Source of the DNA: Mycobacterium leprae TN | GTDB taxonomy: Bacteria > Actinomycetota > Actinomycetes > Mycobacteriales > Mycobacteriaceae | Assembly (NCBI RefSeq): GCF_000195855.1 | Contig: NC_002677.1 | Location: forward strand, 2,940,001 to 2,972,000 | Direction of reading: 5' to 3' | DNA length: 32,000 nt | In this document: in pieces, positions 10,351 through 19,459 of the stretch | Layout of the letters: each line of letters opens with the position of its first letter | How positions within the stretch are numbered: position 1 is the first letter of the stretch | The notes under the pieces: model-generated | Told to the model about the DNA's origin: nothing | Seen by the model: the letters and a program-made list of their open reading frames with translations, nothing else | The model's database searches: none | Translations under genes and position numbers: made by a program

Positions 10351-10599
10351 GCAATCAACAGCGCCAACGTATCCAACACAGCCGGCTTCCTTCCTCAACC
10401 CGAAATTCCTTTCACGCCATTCCCGCCCACTAGAGACCCCGATCGTCCCTGCCAAAAGACAACTAAAACCATCGACTAAAACCGTTGACCAAACAACAAC
10501 CAACACTGCGTGCGACTCAAAATACCCGCGCGATGTGGCTGCTAGTGCTGCAGAGGCTGCGGGACACCCCCATAACCCAGTTGGGTAGCAGTGTAGCGA

Positions 10600-10950
10600 G
10601 CGGCTTCGGTGATGGACAAAGCATACACCACGGTACAGTTAGGCATAGATCTCTGTCCACACGTCGCCGAGCTCCGTGGTGTCGAAGCGCATCCCGACCA
10701 TCGCGTTGCCGCCTTTGGTACGCGTTTCGTTCACCAGCCGACCCACTGCCTCATTGCGACTCTCAGCCAGGTTTTTAGTCATGCCCTGCAGTTCGCCACA
10801 GAACATCGATTTGAATCCGACACCGAACTGGGAAAAATATTTCGCGATCGGACGGTGAGGCCAAAGACTTCGCCGCAGACACGTTGGATCTCCCAACCAG
10901 GAATGTTATTGGTAGTAACGACAAGCACCGAACAACCTTTCTGCAGAAAA
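10600..10950 (-). pseudogene. YbjQ/UPF0145 family (putative heavy-metal-binding) protein, frameshifted
   Basis: The minus ORF 10779..11015 carries ..VLVVTTNNIPGWEIQRVCGEVFGLTVRSRNIF. The minus ORF 10639..10896, in another frame, continues ..SQFGVGFKSMFCGELQGMTKNLAESRNEAVGRLVNETRTKGGNAMVGMRFDTTELGDVWTEIYA. Together these give the full YbjQ domain order with a frameshift near 10860-10895. There is a premature stop or second shift at 10636, where the expected ..AYGTAVV tail is read out of frame. Confidence 0.6.
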
Positions 10951-11013
10951 GGGATTTGGGCTGATTCCCGCTGCAAAGTACCGCCCCGTTTCTGTAATTG
11001 CTTATTCTGTGGC

Positions 11014-11062
11014 ACACTGAGTACACCAAATTTACTGAGCCGTACACCAAATTTACTGAGCC
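11014..11062. repeat. Tandem repeat, 21 bp x 2 perfect copies plus a partial leading copy (gtacaccaaatttactgagcc)
   Basis: The copies at 11021-11041 and 11042-11062 are identical, and cactgag at 11014-11020 is a partial third copy. The unit length matches the M. leprae VNTR locus named '21-3'. Confidence 0.85.
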
Positions 11063-11073
11063 CGCGTTTAAAA

Positions 11074-11394
11074 CTAACTGCTATGCCGCAACCGCCCCCT
11101 GCCGTGCGTGGGGTGGTTCCCGATCAGGATTCCGGCATAGATCTTCCTCGAGAGGCTGGATTTTCTGTACCTTTCGTCGAGGGCAATTAGGCGCTCGTCC
11201 ACCCAGGTGGCAACAGGGTCGCGTTCTTCGCCCATGTCGGCAGCCTTGTCTTTGGGGTGGTAGTGTGGTGGACGTTGGCGGACGCTGTGCTGGTTGAGGT
11301 ATCTAATGGCGGCGGGGCCCAGCCATCCACTAGCCAGTGGAAGGGATAACAGTACGCTGCCACCAGTCCACCACGACCATCCAGCATCCATCAA
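11074..11394 (-). CDS. Hypothetical small membrane-anchored ORF, possibly a gene fragment
   Basis: This 106-aa ORF starts MMDAGWSWWTGGSVLLSLPLASGWLGPAAIRYL.. with a hydrophobic, W-rich N-terminus. GC at third codon positions is about 70%, which suggests present or former coding. I recognise no domain with confidence, and it is flanked by decayed DNA. Confidence 0.25.
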   Translation of the reverse strand: MMDAGWSWWTGGSVLLSLPLASGWLGPAAIRYLNQHSVRQRPPHYHPKDKAADMGEERDPVATWVDERLIALDERYRKSSLSRKIYAGILIGNHPTHGRGRLRHSS

Positions 11395-11819
11395 AAGCAG
11401 GGTTATGTCGATCTCGAAGAAAGGAACCCCGGCGACATGCCAATGGCGACTTCTGGCACCTCGAAGCGTCGGTACTACTAGGGCACCTCATCTAGCTTCG
11501 GAGGCATCACCGGACGTCAAGGCACCAGTCCCCATCGTCGGCGCCAGCGCCAGCCGGGCCCAGCAACACAAAAACACAAACTGGTCTACCCGATCAGACC
11601 GGACCATATACTTAGCCAACACGTTCCAGTTTGTTATCTACGGTCGCGACCGCTTCGGTGAGCAAAGTCCCGGTAACGATCACATCAATAAACCGACCAC
11701 TTAACAGGCCTTCAAAACCAAGAACGCAGGACAGACTCCCCTGAGTAGACCAGTCGACAGAGGACGGCACCCGACAAAAGTAATACCCCTTGTGTCAACC
11801 GCCACACCGTTACACTACG

Positions 11820-11841
11820 TATATATATATATATATATATA
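11820..11841. repeat. Dinucleotide microsatellite (TA)11
   Basis: The sequence is t(at)10a, flanked on both sides by acgt. It belongs to the same class as the TA/AT VNTR loci used for M. leprae typing. Confidence 0.95.
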
Positions 11842-11937
11842 CGTAAACTATTGCCTAATTACTAAGTATTAGAAATTGTTGCTCCGCGATCTCGCTGGTG
11901 ACCCGCGGGAGGCTGTTTCAGCCTAGCGGCATCGGTG

Positions 11938-12305
11938 GGCATGAACGACCAGAAACGTCCACATAGCGGCCGCATGTACAGAGAGGTAAGTACAGCCGTG
12001 TCGTTCGTCCCGGCCGGGACCACCATCGGTCCGCAAGTACTCGACACCGCGGCGCAAGGAACCCAGGCCAGCCAGAACATATCGACGGACTTGACGGTGC
12101 TGGCGCCCTCCGGTACCGAGGAATTATCCTTGTACACGCTAGAGTTCTTCTTGGCAGAGGCTAATCAGGATGCTGGCAGGAACTAAGCGGCGCACGAAGA
12201 ACTTCGGCGAGCGGGCACGACTTTAGCAGAAATCGCCTGGTGGATTCGGAAACCGACGTAGCAGCTAGCAACGCAATGTATACCAATGTGCTGACCAGCT
12301 TTTAG
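11938..12305 (+). pseudogene. PPE-family N-terminal domain remnant with internal deletions and frameshifts
   Basis: ORF 11935..12186 reads M..DQKRPHSGRMYRE.., compared with the PPE hallmark LPPE(I/V)NSGRMY. Later ..APSGTEELSLYTLEFFLAEANQDAG resembles GPSS..AAAPYVAWL..TAAQAEQAA. Downstream, out of frame, ..SRNRLV..DVAASNAMYTNV resembles AANR..L and QDAAAMYGY. The remnant is much shorter than a PPE domain. Confidence 0.45.
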
Positions 12306-12756
12306 ATCGCATAGTTTTCTGCGAGAGCGGATCAAGTGTTCCTTTCAAACTTATACCACGCAGCATTGCACTAAGCACATGCTTGATCGCAACGTGCCGG
12401 CGGCCAGCTGGAACCGTGCGGGACTGAAGCACTCACCGACTTCTAATAAATAGCTACGGCTGCCGCCCAACCATACTCGAGGATTCAGTGGACACACCCC
12501 CTGTGCTGTAATGACCGCTGCATCCCTAGAGCATCAGCGCTCTAATCGATAAGGACCTGCTGACACCGGTGTCCGAGTACTAGTTTCCCGACCTGCCACC
12601 GGGCAAACGTAGATGCGTGACCGCGTTGGACTGGCTGAGAGTCCAGTACTACGGCTGCACTGCCCGGTAATGCTGGTGTCACCGGGCGTCGCACCCTGGA
12701 GGTGGTACCGCTTTAAGCGCTGCAGGAACACAAAGTCGACGTTCCCAACAACCTGG

Positions 12757-13146
12757 CTAACTTGTAACGCCGACGACCACCCACCGTGTGTCAGTTACAG
12801 CACTTCCGTCGAATACAGCCACGTATCCCACAATAGCCGCAACAACTTTTTCGGAATAGTTGGCGACCAGACCGGTGAAATCGTCGGTGACGACCGTGGC
12901 ATGGCGATACCAGGTCAACCAATTCCTAATCAGAGCAAAGAATTTCTCGGCACCGACAACACACCACGAAGCGCGTGCAAAGTCAACGCGCCGCGCTTGT
13001 AAACGCGGTTGTCCAACACACACATATGGTCTATATAGTGTGGTCCGGGGTCGGCTAGCAGCAAGTCTTGTGTCTTCTCTCAGCTGTTCGTGGTAGCGAT
13101 AGGCGAGCTCGTCAGCGCTTAGCCCGCCGCTGTTTTCGTACCACAA
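12757..13146 (-). CDS. Orphan ORF (129 aa from a TTG codon), no recognisable domain, possibly an M. leprae-restricted gene or a long remnant
   Basis: GC3 is high in the first 22 codons (about 17 of 22). The stop-free frame continues upstream to about 13245 without an ATG, reading ..RWCDIRLNEVFACYTEWLWYENSGGLSADELAYRYHEQL... I recall no family match. Confidence 0.3.
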   Translation of the reverse strand: MWYENSGGLSADELAYRYHEQLREDTRLAASRPRTTLYRPYVCVGQPRLQARRVDFARASWCVVGAEKFFALIRNWLTWYRHATVVTDDFTGLVANYSEKVVAAIVGYVAVFDGSAVTDTRWVVVGVTS

Positions 13147-13232
13147 CCACTCCGTATAGCACGCGAATACCTCGTTTAGCCGAATGTCACACCACCGTCG
13201 CGAACTCGCCTTACCAGACTGAACCCAAGCAG

Positions 13233-13500
13233 CTAGTGGTGGGTGGTTTTGAGGCGTTTAGGTGTGGTTGGTTGAGGTAAGTGGGCGGTGTATGTGGTTG
13301 CTGTCTTGGAGTTGCGCGATGGCGACCGGGGTCGGCTGGGGTGGTTGACGAGGGTGTTGTGGGTGCTGGTGGGGCAGGTGACACGGGCGTGGATTGTGTG
13401 GTTGGTGTCCGATGGAGTGGCTAGATACTGATATCGCGGTTCGGGTACGCCGGGGACGGGACGTGCTTCGGTGATCGATGAGGTCATGGTGCTCGTAGAG
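13233..13500. repeat. G/T-rich block with RLEP-left-end-like motifs (degenerate RLEP-family or other dispersed-repeat fragment)
   Basis: 13351-13365 agggtgttgtgggtg is identical to RLEP 3523-3537. 13351-13374 also resembles the reverse complement of RLEP 4149-4170 (gtgttgtgg..ctggtgggg). There are collinear weaker matches: gatat..ttcgg at 13430 vs 3587, and cgatgagg at 13476 vs 3684. Confidence 0.35.
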
Positions 13501-14307
13501 ACGTTGGTCGGCGATGTTATGCGAATCGGCCGTTCAGCGTCGGAGCGGCCCGTCACCGGAGCAGTTGATGGCTGTGGGGGATTTCGTTTTCCTTGGCCGC
13601 GCGGATCTGGCATAAGTGGGGGCATCCAGTCGCATCGCGTGAAGACCTTCAAGTTCGTTACCGACCCCGACGTGGGAGACCAAACGGACAATTAGCACGG
13701 TGCGCTCGGACGCAGTCCCCAAATAGTAGGGGTCAGATCCGGTTTGGAGGACTGACTGTTCAGTTACGCCCGGCGATATCGCATCATGGCTGACGACAAC
13801 AGGGTGATCGGATCCATACGAACAGTTCGAAACTTACCTCAACCAAACGAGGCGAATTGAGCGGACCGAAGCCACCATACCTGCAAGACTCCGAGACGGC
13901 AGCCACTAATCGACATGACAAACCTCCCCGATCATATGATAGCACTACGCCATGGCCAACAAAGCAAACTCGCGATTACACCGCTAAGATGACTTCAGCA
14001 CCGCGACCATGTCGATGAGGCAGCCCGAACCAATTCGAGCTGGCGAGCTAGGTCCTGCAATCGATGCCAGGTTACTACAGCATTGGTGCTAGCTCTTTGT
14101 GCGAACAACATAGTTCGCACGTCGCGAATATAACAATGCCTTATCAATAAGAGCAGTCAGGGCTATCCCCATGCCTTACGAATAGTCAATCGTCCCTCCC
14201 GAGGCCGAGGTGTCAAAGCATGCACCTTCACAATCTATTCACAATATCTTTTAAGTGAAATAACGCCGTGTTCTTAACGATCTTTGCCACGTGGTACGTG
14301 GAGAACA

Positions 14308-14792
14308 TTAACCTAGGTGTGGACGCGCACACCGCGTTTGCAGTCCGCGGTAGCGAATGCACCACCGAAGGTTGCCAGGGCTTGCTTGGTGATGAATTGC
14401 GGCATCTAGGACGCAGCAATCAGGTAGTTGCAACCCGGTGCTAGCGCGCAGTTCAGCGAGGGGCAACGGCTCGCTTTCATCGCGCGGCGCGACGGACTGA
14501 GCCGGCAGCACGCAGATCATCGCGCATCGACGTCCCCTGACCTATGCGAGCCCCGCCAAACAAGAACCTCGGCCAGCGTGATGATGTTGACCAATATTTG
14601 CCCGGGTATACCCACTAGCAAAATTGCCGTCGCCACATCATGATGCAAGTCGACAAGGGTGCATATGCGCGATCAGGACTCTCGCATCCAAAACAATCAG
14701 GCCGGCGTGTTTGCCCGCAGCTCAACCAGATAGTTTGGGCCCAACGGCTTCAGCGTAACGGCCATTGCTTGCCAACACGTCAGCACGACGGG
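14308..14792 (-). pseudogene. VapC-type PIN-domain toxin, multiply frameshifted
   Basis: Minus-strand reading gives ..AGLIVLDARVLIAHMHP, the PIN N-terminal acidic motif. After a frame change it gives DLHHDVATAILLVGIPGQILVNIITLAEVLV. After another frame change (ORF 14308..14520) it gives ..DESEPLPLAELRASTGLQLPDCCVLDAAIH... There are at least two frameshifts and internal stops. Confidence 0.6.
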
Positions 14793-14794
14793 AC

Positions 14795-14998
14795 CTAATC
14801 CTCCGCACGCTCATCACGCTCGAGGATACCGGCACCCACCTCGATCAGACGCCTCAGCAACTTCGATCGGGGCTCACCGGGCCATCGCTTGGCCGCCTGG
14901 TCCAATGCGTGCGCTACTTGCGGGGTTTCGGTCACCTGATAGCGTGGACGTGTGGTCGGCACCAAATAAGTGTACCACTTTTCAGCGCAGTAATACAT
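14795..14998 (-). CDS. Possible RHH-type antitoxin (VapB-like) upstream of the dead PIN gene; start uncertain
   Basis: The C-terminal 55 codons of minus ORF 14795..15235 read ..TTRPRYQVTETPQVAHALDQAAKRWPGEPRSKLLRRLIEVGAGILERDERAED. This looks like a ribbon-helix-helix antitoxin, and its stop lies 2-3 nt before the PIN remnant. Only this part of the 146-aa ORF looks protein-like. The ATG at 14998 is the nearest start, and I see no clear SD. Confidence 0.35.
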   Translation of the reverse strand: MYYCAEKWYTYLVPTTRPRYQVTETPQVAHALDQAAKRWPGEPRSKLLRRLIEVGAGILERDERAED

Positions 14999-16296
14999 CT
15001 GGGGAAGCCAGAATACACCGTAGGATGCGCAGCTCCAGTAGCCATGTCCTAAGTCGGGTACCCGCAACATGCTTAGCGTCGACTGACTCAAGGGTGGCCC
15101 TGATCGCCAACCAACTCCAACAGCAGCCAGCACAGTCAGCTGAACGAATGCACCGGCAGTACAAGATCTCGCAATACGACAGCGCAGAGCCATCCTCTCA
15201 ACCTGCAAGCGGCTTGAACTAGCTGTGCGTCGCACGCAAGTTTAGCCACACCAGCAACTCGGCGCGGCGACGCAGCCTGGCCAGCACATGCTGGAACACG
15301 TCGGGGGTATCGCTATCCCAGCCTTCAGAGGCGACGATCACCACTGCGCCGCGCAGCGCGTTGCCACGGTGCGACGCCAGCAGGGCTGGCGATACTGCGG
15401 CCGATGGACGTGCTTCTATGCCGGTTGGTCACTTTTGTATTGGCCCGACCCAAGCGCCACCTCGACCGAGCGGTGCGCCAGCACCGAGGTGATCCGGATC
15501 AGCGAAGTCGAAAAGGCGAAGCCATCGGAGCGTATCAAGTCCTGGCGCAACACCACAGCTCGTTCCAAGTATAGATTAGGAGCGAGGTAGGGAAGCTGCA
15601 TCAAACAGCTCAAGTCGCAGACTAGGACGACACGCCAGGGCCGTGTTCGCGCCAACATCACCGCTTCCCAACCGGTCCGGCCGCAAGTCGATCCTTTTGC
15701 CGTGCGGGCTGAGCTCAGACCGCAAACTGTGGCGTCGGAGGAAACAGCATACCGATCCCCCTATCCAGGAACCAAACAAACGCAGGTAGTCAGTATCGAA
15801 CCGGTCAAACAGCTCATCGGAGCGTACCGACAATACGGCCGGGTAGAACATAGGACTAGTTGCAGACTCACGCCAGTGGCGTCGTAGTAATCGGTGACAC
15901 TCCGAGTGACCCAAGTCTCTGGGCTTGGCTGGCACTGGATAGACTGTCAGTGCGATGCACCCCGTACCCGCTTGCGGGTGTGCGGGGCCCTGGAACGGAC
16001 AGCGACGAATCGGGACCTATCGTGCCGTTAGGGTTCGACGATCCTGAACACCGCGGCGAACACCACATCGAAGTCACTGAGATCATCCCTCCGGGGGACC
16101 AACATCAAGCCTGGCAACCCGATACAGCGTCGACGAGTGATTCCCGATGCCGCAACGCTTGCACGCAATTCACTGGTCCGGCTAGCTCTGTAACAGTACA
16201 CCCAGGTTACACAGCCACCTCACCAGAGCGGCAGCAAACGTCGCCAAATCGACACCCCGAAAAAACAATGGGGTACTCATAGCGGCTCAACCCAAT

Positions 16297-16900
16297 TTAA
16301 CCCAGGCTAAGCAATACCCGGATCAGCATGGGCACGACGAACACCGCTAGCACTGCAGCGGCGTACTTCTTAATTTGGCTACCACCGCAAAGCTGCAACC
16401 GATCGATGGGAGCGAGCTCGATGGATGACGCCCTGGACTCGAGGTGCGTTATCAATGGCACCCACCGAGCTTGCTTCATCGGCGGGTTGCTGGAACTCAC
16501 TACGCTCTGCAGCGCCGGTTTCGCCTCCAGCGACTCCACGGAACTGACCCAGCAGCTTCTCCTACACCTGCTGCAGCATGCCGCTGCCGAATGGGGCCAA
16601 CATTCCTACTATCTTCAAATAGGTTTTAACAGTGACGTTGGCACACTCCCCCGCCTCGTGCAGCTGGGCGGTGACCGTGGCGGCCGCGTTGTCGGTACAG
16701 CGCGACTCCTTGCCCCTGCTATTAATGATCGCGCGGTGCTGGTCGGGTCGGCTCAACGAAACGCACTTTGTCACTGAACTCACTAGTGACCGGCCAAACC
16801 TTGACCTTGCCGAGATAGTCGCCGCACTGATGGTTCGGTTTGCCTAGCGCCGGCATCAATGGAATCACCTGCTCCAAGTCAGACAGCACACCCCCATTCC
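16297..16900 (-). pseudogene. CoxE-like VWA-domain protein remnant (CO-dehydrogenase accessory)
   Basis: Minus ORF 16562..16783 reads ..AIINSRGKESRC..VTAQLHEAGECANVTVKTYLKIVGMLAPFGSGML... It follows the CoxE C-terminal pattern (IISDGWER..L.R.A.RV.WLNPL..GM.AALP) with many substitutions. It sits next to the moxR/coxD remnant. The match is weak. Confidence 0.3.
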
Positions 16901-16949
16901 TGCTCGATCGGCGCGCTGGCTGTGAACTGGTTGGCGATTTTCATCCGGC

Positions 16950-17650
16950 ACGTCCTCATCATGTGCGGCGATGCTCGATAAAAACGCTACGAATCTGGGG
17001 CGCGGTCGCCGAGAGTCTGAGCCAACGGCCCCAAACTGACCAGTGCAGACTCAACCGAATCGGGCGGGATGAAGTCCGCAACACCGAGCGACACCCATGC
17101 AGCAACCCAGTATATAACTTCGGCAATCCCTCCCGGTCGGCTTATCCAGATCAAGATCGTTCGCGCTGACTAAGAAAAGAATTTAGGTGAAGTGTTAAAT
17201 CAACGGAGTAAATCTCCGGGTACTGTACGACAAAAAATCGCGGTAGCCTGGCACGACTCTGGGTAAATAGATCCAATGGTATTGGCAACATCGCCGCAGT
17301 ACGTCATGGAGGTCTAGACTGTGATTCTACGAACTTCCCTCTGGAATTCGTCTTCAGCACAGTCGATTTAATCGATCAACAGCATTAGAAATGTCGACAC
17401 GCTATGCCGCACACACTGCAGGATAGGACGATCCACGGGGTAGGTCTCGATTTCAGAGATATCCGATATTCCGTTACGGGCTCCTCGGCCAGCTTGATCG
17501 ACAGCAGCTGACATTGGTACTTCCAGTCATAGAGCGCCTCGTTCGCGGTCAATTCATCGTAACAATGCAGCCGTATACTCCTAGCATTCAGCACCTTTGC
17601 AAGCATTTTCACGGACGTTGTCTGCCTAATCTAGGCTCGCCTTCCAGTAA
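16950..17650 (-). pseudogene. MoxR/CoxD-type AAA+ ATPase remnant (Rv0370c-like)
   Basis: Minus ORF 17385..17612 reads ..VKMLAKVLNARSIRLHCYDELTANEALYDWKYQCQLLSIKLAEE. This matches the family pattern GKT.LAKALA....RLQCYEGLD..QALYEWNY..QLL.IRL, with the Walker A ruined (QTTSVKM). Further downstream at about 17060-17150, in another frame, ..ISRPGGIAEVIYWVAAWVSLGV matches K.PGVAETLDWA.AL..LG. An AT-rich core and internal deletions indicate decay. Confidence 0.55.
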
Positions 17651-18100
17651 CGGCCGGCCCAAACTGACCGCCAGATAGATCGCTGATGCCGTCCTCGTAG
17701 CGACAGACCACGATGTCGGGAGCGGTCCCTTCAGTCGCCAGCCGACGCACAGTTGCGGAATCAATCCGCGACTGATTGTCGAGCATCACCACTATTCCAG
17801 CTACCTGCGAGTCCACCTGTTCGAGCACAGTGCGCCCAAACACCCATTCCGAAATTGTTTGACGGTCACCTACATCCATCAGCTTCGTCTAGCGGTGCGG
17901 TACAGCATCAAGCACCGCTCAGCCAGCGCCACCCAGAGTGACAATAAGCTGGCCGAATCCCGTACCGCGAGCAACATCGGACACTAGCTCCGAGCACGAT
18001 CTTAATACCGATATGGCAGAAGCTTTTAGGTACACCAGGTCTCCTGGAACAGCTGGCCACGAGAACAACACTGGTGACCCGCCTAGCGATCATGCGCCGG
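17651..18100 (-). pseudogene. MocA/MobA-like nucleotidyltransferase (molybdenum cofactor cytidylyltransferase) remnant, Rv0371c-like
   Basis: Minus ORF 17908..18093 reads VTSVVLVASCSRRPGVPKSFC..IVLGASV, compared with LVLAAGGSRRLGTPKQLLP..TVLGATL. Minus ORF 17631..17879, in a different frame, reads ..AGIVVMLDNQSRIDSATVRRLA..APDIVVCRYEDG, compared with TGIVLMLGDQPGV..ATV..L....VAVCRYADG. There is a frameshift and stop between the two parts, and the C-terminus is missing. Confidence 0.6.
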
Positions 18101-18154
18101 TTTCCTCAGTAGCGAGCAAGGTCAGGCCTGCTACCACAGAGGGCGGCGACGGGT

Positions 18155-18500
18155 TCAGCGGCGACCGACACCGCGATCTCCGCGGAGGTCTTGGCGCCGA
18201 TGGCCAAATCCGACCGGGGTATGCCGGGATATGTATACGGAACCGCTCAGCCTCGGAGAGTTCGAGTCATTCACAATCGACACACTACGCACCTTGCCGG
18301 CCACCAGACTGATATATTCAACACCATTACCCAATGCAGCACTAATGATTTCGACCTCCAGACCATCAGAGCTGGCAATCACCACCGCGGCACTATAGGT
18401 AAGATCGCTGTAGCACCGAAGATCGTAACCGAGTACCTCGCGCAGTTGGGTCAAGGCATCGCCGATAGGTGTAGCTCCGTAGATCTGGATCAACCGGGTC
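18155..18500 (-). pseudogene. XdhC/CoxI(F)-family Rossmann-domain accessory protein remnant (Rv0372c-like), N-terminally truncated
   Basis: Minus ORF 18155..18493 reads LIQIYGATPIGDALTQLREVLGYDLR..SAAVVIASSDGLEVEIISAALGNGVEYISLVAGKVRS..ISRHTPVGFG... It follows the XdhC C-domain pattern LLIFGAGH.A.AL..LA..LGF.V....AVV.MTHD...D..AL..AL.....YIG.LGSR....IH.PIGL, but with the GxGxxA motif substituted. No N-terminal XdhC_CoxI domain is left. Confidence 0.5.
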
Positions 18501-19459
18501 GGTAGCTACGACGTCAAAAGATCTCCAACTAATCGCCAGATAGGCATAGCATCAGCTCGACAAACATGAATCCCAAAAGAGTCCTCAAGTCACGACTCCG
18601 GCGTAACCTCGAGCCTATTCTGCGGCGATGCAGGTGGGTCGACGGGTACTGACGGTATCGCGGTTGCCGGATTGGGGTAGGCGATTCGGTGCACGCCGCG
18701 ATAGCAGGGATGTCGATGTACGTCGTGGCACTGCGTAAGGAATTTGATGACCCGTTGTTAATGAGGACGGGCGCCGGTTGCCGCGGATCACGGCGTCCAT
18801 CACCTTCGCCGAACATGCTGACCCGGGATTCATTGGGCTCTATCTTGCCACGAACCAATGATCTACTTACAGATCGACTTTCCAGACGCCCCCTTACTAA
18901 AGTACCAGATCATCACCTTAGTAGCGCTGATTAACCCATTGTCCGTAGATGCTCCGACACCCGCGCTGTTACACCACCGCAGTGAGTGCTGATCCCGTCG
19001 GCCGGAAGCGTGGACAGTGAGATTGCAATAGTATGGAACAGTTTGGCAATCCCGGAGTCACAACAGCGCATCTTCCAAAGCGACACAACGGTGCTCGAGA
19101 AGGTGCAGCGAGTCGTCGGTACCACGTTTACTATTGGCTTTGCGGCCGTCAAAAACCTCGCTGCCGGGCAATTGTCTCACCTGACCGGGTACCCCCCGGT
19201 TGGATAGGTCAGGTGAGTGGTGTACAAGACCATCTTAGCTCCATCGATACACAAACCCGCCGCGGCCAAATTGGTTCGCTTCATCATCACTCCGCGATGC
19301 ATCCAGGTGATGCTCCGGATAACCAGCATCAGAGTGACCCTATTGCGACCGAAGGTACATGTCACCCTGCGAAACCAAGGGGTGCGGTCAGCAACTTGAT
19401 ACCGCATGCGATATCAAGTTGAAAAATTGTGCTGGCCCATGGGTGTCCGGGCGCTTTGG

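Noticed and set aside
15240-16296. Several 60- to 140-aa ORFs on both strands between the vapBC remnant and the coxE-like remnant
   Set aside because: Translations look like decayed coding sequence (for example ..DELFDRFDTDYLRLFGSWI..) but match no family I can name. I report no feature rather than guess.
19176-19217. Perfect 11-bp inverted repeat ctcacctgacc ... ggtcaggtgag with a 20-nt spacer
   Set aside because: The expected chance occurrence is roughly 0.2 per window, so it is only marginally unusual. It lies in decayed DNA, has no T-tract, and does not follow an intact gene, so it is not supported as a terminator or operator.
18860-19459. ORF fragments between the CO-dehydrogenase remnants and the methyltransferase, which synteny would place as Rv0376c-Rv0379-like
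   Set aside because: I could not recognise any motif (LysR HTH, SecE, etc.) with confidence, so I left them unannotated.
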